Shown here in pieces: positions 11,137 to 20,023 of a stretch of DNA of 20,023 nucleotides. Source of the stretch: Paramecium tetraurelia (taxonomy: Eukaryota); NCBI GenBank assembly GCA_000165425.1, contig CT868097.1, forward strand, positions 564,867-584,889, written 5' to 3'. Under the pieces are notes generated by a model that was not told the DNA's origin, did not search any database, and saw only the letters and a program-made list of their open reading frames with translations. Position 1 is the stretch's first letter. The number at the start of each line of letters is the position of its first letter. Position numbers and translations under genes: made by a program.

Positions 11137-12762
11137 TCATTTCATTGTAGGCATAGCTGTGCTTAATGTATAGCTGTCAGATGGCTCCTTCCATCTCGAA
11201 GTGATTGTTTTCATTTAAGTGAAAAATCTTATGCCAGCTTTGCCATAGAAATTGGCATCACCATTAAAGGATCTCTTATTTCCAGTGAAAGAAAACATAG
11301 GCAAAGGAACTGGGATTGGTAAATTGATACCAATTTAACCTGCATTCACTTCATTTTAGAATTTTCTGGCAATTGATCCATTTTATGTAAAAATGGCTGT
11401 TCCATTACCCCATGGATTGCTAATGATATAAGTATGTAATTACTTATTAATAATCTCTAATGCTTAATCAAGAGTATCAGCATACAAAATATTAAGAACT
11501 GGACCAAAGATTTCTTCTTTGTATGTTGTCATATTAGTGTTCATCTTCAAATAGGATAATTATATACATTATCAATAACAGTAGGACCAACAAAATAACC
11601 TTTTGGATACTTTGGATGCTTGAATGATCTTCCATCCAAAATCAATTTACCTCCTTCTTTTTCTGCTGTGCCCAATAAATAATGAATTCTTTCGTATAAT
11701 TCCTTATATGAAACAGGAGCTATGTCAATATTTTCATGTCCAGGTCCTACTTTGAAAGATTTAGCTTTAGCAATCAGATCAGGAATCCACTCTCTGCTTT
11801 TTCCTACAAAAATAGCAACGCTCAAGGCCATGCATCTTTAGCCAGTTGAGCCAAAAGCTGCAGAAGCCAAAGCATTCAAACAATCCTCCTTATCAGCATC
11901 TGGCATAATTACACCATGATTCTTAGCCCCCATATTTATTTGACATCTCTTAAATGTTTTTGATGCATTTTCATAGATATAATCACCAGCTTTATTTCCT
12001 CCTACAAAAGAAACAGCTTTAATATCAGGATGTTCGCAGATATGCTTTGTTGTTTCAAAACCTCCTTGTACTACGTTGACAACTCCTTTAGGAACTCCAG
12101 ATTCTTCTAGTAATTTGGTCAAATAGGTGACTGCCCCTGGTACTCTCTCACTTGGTTTCAATATATATGTGTTTCCTGTTACAATTGCGATTGGGAACAT
12201 CCATAACTAGGAATGTTAATCTATAAATATACTGGAATCATTGCAGGGAAATTAAAAGGACAGACTCCTGCGCAAACTCCCAATGGTACTCTATAACTAT
12301 ATGTGTCAACACCTTTGGCCAAATTTTCCACTGTTTCACCCTACATTACATGAGTAATTCCACAAGCAGCTTCCACAACTTCCAATCCTCTGATTACATC
12401 ACCTTTAGCATCAGCCAAAGTTTTTCCATGCTCTTCTACTATTATATTAGCAATATCATCAACTTTAGATCTGATTTTGGCTTAATACTCAAACATATAT
12501 CTAAGGTAACATTTATGAATTACCTTTATCTGGTTGGTAATGGCACCTAAGACCATGTTTTAAATGCTGTTTTTGCTGCATCAACTGCCTCATTGAATTC
12601 CGCTTAGGTTGTTTACTTTGTTATTCCAACTACTTCATCAGTCAAAGGGGACTTTCTTTCCAAAGCTATGCCTCCATTTGATGTTTTCCAAACTCCATTA
12701 ATGTAATTCTAAGCAATATTGCTGAATCTAAAAGATTGCTTTCTCAGCTAGGTGTGGAACAT
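11137..12762 (-). CDS. ALDH6A1: methylmalonate-semialdehyde dehydrogenase (acylating), likely mitochondrial, 509 aa; introns 12501-12523, 12207-12232, 11545-11567, 11420-11443
   Basis: [90 protein letters not shown] and [17 protein letters not shown] form an ALDH6-specific signature. The N-terminus resembles a basic presequence. Confidence 0.97.
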
Positions 12763-13031
12763 TAATAAATATTTGCGTATTATTTTAAATCTTTTTACTC
12801 GAATATTAACAATTAAACACAGAAACAATATTAAATTTTATTATGTATCTAATGATTTTAATTATTATTCACTTCATTTAACTAATTTTCACCCAATTAT
12901 GTATATTTTAAATAATTGCTCTTTTCTCTAAATCTCAACTTTGTCTACTTAGTTTGAAGAATTACCAACTAATTATATATTATTAGTTCTGATTTAAAAA
13001 TGAAAAGTAATACAAAATATAAAATGAATCC

Positions 13032-14809
13032 TCATTTAACTGCATCATAAAATAGAGAAATTATTAAATGAAGCTACTCATCTTTATTATTTAAAGCATC
13101 AACATAATATTGATTTAATGCTTACAAGTCATTTTAATGCTTCTCTCTCATTTCTTGCATTTAATCTGAAGATTTATTCTTTAGGATTATGGAATTTAAT
13201 TTCTAGATTTATTCATTTTATTTAATTAATTATTTGCACAAATCTATAAAATTTGAATTTTATTATTCTCTTATTTCATTGATTTCCCTATCTCTTTATT
13301 CTGACTACTGCATATAGTATTTTAGTTACTTTCATATGATATATAAAATACTTCTTAATTTACCTATTAGTCTTAATGTCGTTCCAATTACTTTGCCATT
13401 GAGTTTCTCCTTGAATGTGAACTTTATTAGTAGCAACTCAATTATTTTTCCAGCAGCGTTATCTATTTTGATTTCTCAATTAATTATAATTACAACTTCG
13501 TCACATTTGTTTCATCGGTGTATTTTAATGATTAATTATTATGAGAAATAGCGTGATCTATCACAGATTTATTTTAAGATTAGAAAAAATCAAAACATGT
13601 TGATTTTGGAGACTGTCCAAATCTTTAATCAATTTCAAGTATATAACTATTGTTCGATGAATAAACTCCTTGGTGTCTTAAACTTTCAAAAGGCTATTTC
13701 CTTTCATATTAATTCATGTTTTAATATTCTTCTAATTCAAATTTAAACATCTCCATCTTCTTTTTGAAAGATGCAGCTTACTTTTCTGACTCATAAAGTT
13801 AACCTTTTAATTTTTTTAACTCTACCTCATACTAAAATTCTTTCCATTCTAATTTTTTTTTGTTATCTTCTATTAATTTTTGATTTTTAGCTTTTAAATT
13901 TTCTATAGTCTTTTATTCCTTCGGATCTTTCACTAAAATCTATTGTTATTCTGGCTCTATTGATCTTGCTGTTGGTGGGCAAGACAATAACTATGATTTC
14001 AGGGTTTGGTTCTTTTATTGCAATTTGGCTATCTCCTTCTATTAGTTTTAAACCACTTAATTCAAATCTTCAATTGATTGCTTGCATTTTTCAATTTCTT
14101 TGATGTATTCCTCAAATTTATTGAATACTTCTTCAAAATCGCAACAATTTAGTTTTTATAAACAGAACAATTCCGAGTCGTATAGTTGTTCATATAATTC
14201 ATTTAATTATGTAATTTTGTTTTGTTGATCAATGATTTTACTTTGATATTCTGTTTTCATTAATTCAAATTACTTATTTTGTTGGGCGATAATGTTATCT
14301 TTTGTATTGATATTTTCTTCCAAGGAGATAATAGTATTTGTAGTCTAATGTTCAAAATATCCACACTCTTGAAAACTGCCGATGTCATTAATTTAATTTT
14401 AGAGCAACCCCATTATTTCTGATTATTATTGTGGTAATAATTATTACATCATTTCTACTAATTCTTCCTAATTTGCTCTCAACAGAGTGTCAATAAAATA
14501 CTGTATAAATTTAAGCAATTCTAAATTACAATCAGAAAGTGAAATGTCATCATCAAAATTTCTAATTTCTAGTTTGCATTTTTTCCTTGCTAATTAGATA
14601 TTTGTAATTATTAGGTTCCAAAATGGTCTTCTAAAGTCATATCCTAAACTAAAAATTTTGCAATTCATATATACTAGTCTTCTATCAATTAAGCAAACAG
14701 AATGCCATCTTAAATTTCCGTAAAGTTATGTATCTGTCTTTTTTAGTAATTCCATTTGTTTAGCTATATCAATAGTGATTATTGTTACAAGTGTTATAGC
14801 ACTTTTCAT
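13032..14809 (-). CDS. Hook-family (HOOK/CCDC88-like) coiled-coil protein, 567 aa; introns 14764-14788, 14649-14674, 13329-13351
   Basis: The spliced N-terminus MKSAITLLNKWNYQKRQIHNFTEIQDGILFAQLIEDYL...WNLIITNIQ...ELLKFIQYFIDTLLRANQEELVEMMQQLLPQQQSEIMGLLQ resembles the CH-like Hook domain. A long E/K/Q coiled coil follows. The C-terminal EQLHLIISLFYD resembles Hook EEKLIVSAWYN. The CDS is solid; the family call is by eye. Confidence 0.75.
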
Positions 14810-15591
14810 AATAAAAAAAATTTGATAAAAATATTATATGTATTAAAGAAAGCCTTAAATTATGAAACTTTTCTCATTTTGAATTGTTTAATTACTTATT
14901 TACTATTAAATAGAGCGAAATACAAGCTTGATAATAATTTTATCAAACTTTACCAAATCTCTAATTATATAAAGATGTTTTACTTCATTTTTAAGAGTGA
15001 AAAATTGAATCAGTATCTCAAAATTGTAGAATTATTTCTTACATTGCCTCCTGTTTTTCTGAAAAATAAATCCAATAGAAATACAATATTACAAATCTCG
15101 AAAAAACTCCTGATATTGAAATTTTTCTATTAATTATAAATGAGCCATTTTTCTTAATACTTAATTTCTGCAAGATTATAACACATAAAAATGAATATCA
15201 ATCTTACCAATTGATTTAAGAAGATAATTTAATAAATTAACCAATAGATAATTTAAAATATATTTTAAGAATCATTTTAAGATATGGAATTTCACAGATC
15301 ATAACGAGAAATTCATTCTTTAAGTGTTTCGTTTCCTGTTTTTGTGTAAAATAATAGTATAAATTTTGTTTAAATTCTCAAAAACATGAAAATAAAAAAT
15401 AAAAACTACCATAAACATAGGAAGTACTATTTATCCTCAAAGAAGATCTTTAATGTTCTTTAGTTTCGAATTTAGAGTCACTCAGCCCATTCTCGGTGAG
15501 GTTTAATGAAAATCCTTAACAATAAAAATAAATATAGATTTCTAAGAAATGCCAAATACAAGGGTGAAAATGTGTTTAGTATTTATATTTT

Positions 15592-16114
15592 TCATTATTA
15601 TTCTTATCTTGATCTGATACTTTTTAAATGAGTAATCCAATTACTATCACATTTAGGTAAGTAGTAGTTTTTAGAAGATTTCTCTGCTTTCTAAGACGAC
15701 TCATTTCTTTCTATTTGATAATATGCAGTTTGTATTGCTCGGGCTGAATTCATCTAATTCTCTATTTTTTATTCCTAAATTATCGAATTGGCTTTCAATC
15801 TTGGGGTTGATTAAGATTGATCATTTTAAAGAGTGCTTAAATAAATTTGTTTCCTTTTTGGTTATGCTTTAAAATATTTATACTGAGCTCCAATTAAAGT
15901 TGGATCTACTTTAAGATGACGCTTTACATTTTTCTTTTGGACGATAACTAATTGATGGTCTAGTCTTTTACTCTACAGAACTGCTAACTCTTTACTATTT
16001 ATTTTAGGTTTTCAAAAGTTTATCAACCATTTTTTTATTGCAGAGAGTCAAGAGATATTTATGAATATCATGAATTTTATTTGATTCTTTTCCTATTGCA
16101 TAATATTCAAACAT
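15592..16114 (-). CDS. hypothetical protein, 166 aa; intron 15906-15927 (22 nt)
   Basis: MFEYYAIGKESNKIHDIHKYLLTLCNKKMVDKLLKTQ... One GTA..TAG intron joins two open frames, ending YYLPKCDSNWITHLKSIRSRQEQQ* at TGA 15592-15594. Confidence 0.7.
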
Positions 16115-17184
16115 TTATAATAATTTATCATATAAACTATTTTGATGTTATGAGTACATTGAAAAAATCATAATTACAAATATACATAAAATGATTAATT
16201 AAGAATGCAATATCCTAATGAGAATCTACATTTTATGTAAAATTTGAAACTAGTTTCTAAAATTTATTTTAAAATTAGAGTTCTATCAAAAGAAATAATT
16301 ATAATTACATGTGAACCTTTAACTGAGATTTTTATCGTGGTCTTAAAATATCAGAGATATGAAGAAAGTTGTAAATGGTTTATTTTAGTTAAATTTCTAT
16401 ATTAAGGATTTAATAACAAGAACTTTTTTTTCTACTAAAAATAATCTTATTATTTATTTTGGATTTCCTATAATTCCTGTAATTTCTATTTTAGAAAACT
16501 TTCTTTAAAAAGTAGAAATAAATAAACTTTTTATACTAATCGGTTATGTTTGTATTAATGAAATCGATTTTTAGATAATATTTTTGGATAAGAGAGCATT
16601 CTTTTTCATATTTATGCTTTACCTATTTAGTTTTTGAGATATCATAATTAATCTGTTTTGGAAATACGATAAAATTTTAGTTAATTGAGGTTTAAGCTTT
16701 AAGAATATTTGATCAAATTTAAGTCATTTTTAGGGAGAAATGGATTTCAGGATTATATTCATCCTAATATTATACTACAAGAACTGTTTATTAAAATATA
16801 AGTGTGATTTATAATCAGCATTTTATTTCAATAATGCATAGTATAAAAATATAACTAAGATTGAATTACAAAGGGCTCAAATTAAGGAATCATTTGAAAA
16901 GAAAACGAATAAAAGTTTAAAAATAATCAAATTTTCAACATAATTATTAACTATTCTAACAATATGAATAAAATGAATTAGTTTTCCTATTTGTAAATAA
17001 TTAAATATCAAGATTTAAAAAAAGCTCTGATTAGATTTCAAGAATTTGTATTATTTAAAATAATTAAATCAATTATATAAATATTTAATTTTAGAAGACT
17101 TTAAATGGAAATTCAATAAATTTTGATAAAAATGTTCTCCTTTCCTCTTTGTATTGATCACTTATTCATTGTTTGATTAAAAAA

Positions 17185-20023
17185 ATGAATTTGAATGGAA
17201 ATTAATTTAATCTTTTTCATACTAGACACATTAATCATTCAATTCATGAATAATTTGATCGATATTTAAATATACAAATTCCACCATATTAGGCTGTTTA
17301 ATAGGTGTTTTAGGAGTTAAATAAGATAAATGAAATTATTTAGCTTGTAATCAAAATTAGAAAAGACATCATTTATACTTAGTATAAAGAATCAAACACA
17401 AGTAATTTATTCTTAATACTAGATGACACATGTTCAATGTTTGGAACGTATTAAAATCTATAAAACTATCTTGGTAAATATTTTGAAATAGAAATGAAAC
17501 CGTAATATAGGAAATATTAGTTAACTAAATATGGAATCATCGATTTATTAGTTTTTAGTTTTTTACATAAAAGCAGAAGTTTTCATAGAGTAATAACAAA
17601 AGGAATAGCTCCTTAAATATCATGTTTGTATAGTTGGTATTAGGAATTTATTGCAGAATTTGAAATCAACAACAATATTGATCCCAATTATCTGCCAAGG
17701 AAGGAGAAAAGAGTTTAAATATAGAAAAACAAATAGCAAAAAAGTAACCCTGAACTGATAGAATCCATTAAGGATGACAAACTTATTATTTTTAAAGATT
17801 TAATTGAGAATGGCGCTTCAATTTATACTGTATCTTTAAGAGATAAGGAGAAAATGCTTGTTCCTCATTTAGTGTGTGCATTTGCAAGATTAAATTATGC
17901 ATAATATTTATAAAGTAAAAATGTGGATTGGGAATGTGAAGATGATGACAGAATGACTGCCTTTATTTAGTATGCTATCAGAAGTGAATCTAAAGAAATG
18001 ATTGAATATCTACTTAATCTAAAAGTAAATTTAGAACACAAAGATATTTAAGATAGAACTCCATTTTATTATGCTTGTTCATTAGGATAATTATGTTATT
18101 ATTAGGTTCCTTGTAGAAAGAGGAGCTAATATAAATGCTAGAACTGCTTTGGGAAGAACTCCATTTTCAAAGGCAAGCTTTTTAGGATTGTATAATGTGA
18201 TTGAATTTCTTCTTCAATAACCAAACATAGACTTTAATTATGCGGATAAGCAAGGAAGAAATGCCTTACACAATGCAGTTTTTGGCCCTAAAGGAGGTAG
18301 AGATGGAAGAAAGGTTGGCACTTGGTGTTATGATAGTCCTTTGATTGCTTAATTATTACTTGAACATGGAATGGATGTGGAAGCAAAAGACAAAGATGAA
18401 AATACTCCATTACATGTGGCAGCATCAAGTGAAGCTTTAAGTTCCATTCCTGTTTTAATAGCTTTTGGGTGCGATATCAATAGAAGAAATAAATGGGGAG
18501 AAACTGCTTTAATTATAGCAGCAAAATTTAATCATCATGAAACTGCTAAATTATTAATTTAAAATGAAGCCGATTATTTCTTTGAAAATGAGGGATATAC
18601 AGCAATGGAAATTGCTGCAAAAAATGATTAATTTGAAGTATTTCAATTTCTATTAGATAAAATGAAGCCACAATTATTGGAATTAGAAAGGTTAAGATAA
18701 TATAAGTTGCAATCAGTTCTCTAATCTTTAATGAAAATTACCAAGAGTTTCAAAGCAAATAAATATATAAGATATTTTTTAGAAAATTTCTAACCATATT
18801 ATGATTAAGAGCATGCAGGATTGATAATTGAGATGCAAGACGGGTAAAACGAACTTATGTAAAGTTATTTAAAGAATTAAATTATCTCATAAGAATAAAT
18901 AACTAATGCTTTTGAACTTTGTTTGAAAAGAAAAAACATGTCAATTTTCAAATAATTATGCCTTCATACCTAAATCTAATATACAGTCTGCCTTTAAAAA
19001 TCATTAATTACAATGTTGCTCGAATCACCAGAATTAGATATATTACTGTTTTAATTTAATATTGATTGGTTTAACTATAGAAGCAAATTGGGTGAAACCT
19101 TTTTACATAAACTTATAGAGAAGAGAAAGACTGAGACTTTTTTAAAAATACTAAATTTATTTTAAGAAATAATAGATGAATAGGGTAAAAGCAAAGTTAA
19201 AAATATCTTTTTAAATTCTATTACTAAAAATGATATTTATAATGTTTTAATATTCTAAAATTCTGGTGCATCTACGATCATCGAAATAGCTGTAATTCAT
19301 AAATTTATGGATATATATTAAATGCTTGACAATTTTATTTCAGTTAACTATGGTTCAAAATAAGGACTCAAATTTAAATTGATTAATTATTCTATTGAAT
19401 TAGATCATCTTACAAAGTTACCTCAAATTTAACTATAAGATGAAGAAAATTATAAATTTATTAAAAAATTTTCAGAAATAACATAATTAACAGATAAAGA
19501 ATTGTAATTTTTTGAGACAGTCTTAAGATAACATAAATAAGGTAAAATTAATTTATCCTAATTTTATTCATAAATTTAATCCAAAAAATAAGTTATTGTT
19601 GTTGAATCAGAGGATCATCTAAAATAATCATGTATTGATATTATTCAAAATTATACTATTTTGGGAGTTGATATTGAGCATTACTCTGATAAAGTAGATG
19701 AATTCAAAATATCCTTTGCTTGCACTATTTAATTATCTACTGTAGAAATGGATTATATAATTGATGTTATGAAATTGAGGCATGTCTGTAATAAGTATTT
19801 AACTCCGATTTTCGAGAATTAAAAACTATTAAAGATTTTTCATGGTTGCGAGGTTGATTTAAGAGTTCTTTTTAGTGATTTAAAATTAATGGTTAAAAAT
19901 ATATTAGACACTAGCAAAATTGATATGGCTTTAATTAAATCACCTAATGCTTAGTCTTTTAAAAAATTATGCAAGCAATATTTAAACATCCCTTTTAACC
20001 AACTTTATCAAACATCTGATTGG
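17185..20023 (+). CDS. ankyrin-repeat plus Rrp6/RNase D-like DEDD 3'-5' exonuclease fusion protein; +1 frameshift near 18094; 3' end outside the window
   Basis: Ankyrin repeats at about 17850-18660 (DRTPFYYAC, GRTPFSKA, GRNALHNA, ENTPLHVAA, GETALIIAA, GYTAMEIAA), with weaker ones near 19090. Exonuclease domain from about 19590: ILGVDIEHY..ACTIQLST.EMDYIIDVMKLR...IFENQKLLKIFHGCEVDLRVL...NILDT...QTSDW. The start is uncertain (17185 in frame, or 17105 with a further indel). It could be a young pseudogene or an assembly error. Confidence 0.85.

Noticed and set aside
12350..12550. 66-aa plus-strand ORF
   Set aside because: It is an antisense shadow of ALDH6A1.
13336..13551. 71-aa plus-strand ORF
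   Set aside because: It is antisense to the Hook-like gene and ends at TAG, which is not a stop here.
14786..15030. Possible retained IES (TACAA inverted ends) or upstream exon of the Hook-like gene from ATG 15186
   Set aside because: Excision does not restore a sensible frame. The ATG 14809 two-intron model already gives a complete Hook-like domain, and no other gene in the window has IESs.
14756..15133. 125-aa plus-strand ORF free of all three standard stops
   Set aside because: It has a non-ATG start, overlaps the Hook-like start antisense, is I/L/K/F/N/Y-rich as expected for AT-rich DNA, and has no motif.
15801..15808. TTGGGG telomere-like hexamer (also near 8968)
   Set aside because: These are single copies within coding sequence, with no tandem array.
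18085..18097. Euplotes-style programmed +1 frameshift
   Set aside because: That mechanism uses TAA/TAG as stops, typically after AAA. Here TAA is Gln and the context is GGA TAA TTA.
1..20023. tRNA, rRNA, snoRNA, CRISPR array or transposon
   Set aside because: I saw no cloverleaf, repeat-spacer array, terminal repeats or transposase/RT motifs by eye. Small ncRNAs in the spacers cannot be excluded without Infernal/tRNAscan.

Overview
This is AT-rich, gene-dense eukaryotic DNA from a ciliate, most likely a Paramecium macronuclear chromosome. TAA/TAG read as Gln, TGA is the only stop, and genes carry 22-32 nt GT..AG introns, so the supplied standard-code ORF track is badly fragmented. Re-read with translation table 6, the recognisable genes are RPL5, a C4orf47/CFAP96-like ciliary protein, a minimal NUS1/NgBR-like protein, a short DHHC palmitoyltransferase, TRM1, ALDH6A1 (MMSDH) and a Hook-family coiled-coil protein. 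There are also several hypothetical proteins. Disrupted elements are an RTEL1-like helicase pseudogene with a large internal deletion and a probable decayed gene. At the right end is a frameshifted gene fusing ankyrin repeats to an Rrp6/RNase D-like DEDD 3'-5' exonuclease domain, which runs off the window. I saw no tRNA, rRNA, CRISPR array, transposon or retained IES. All family assignments come from motif recognition by eye, not from database searches.
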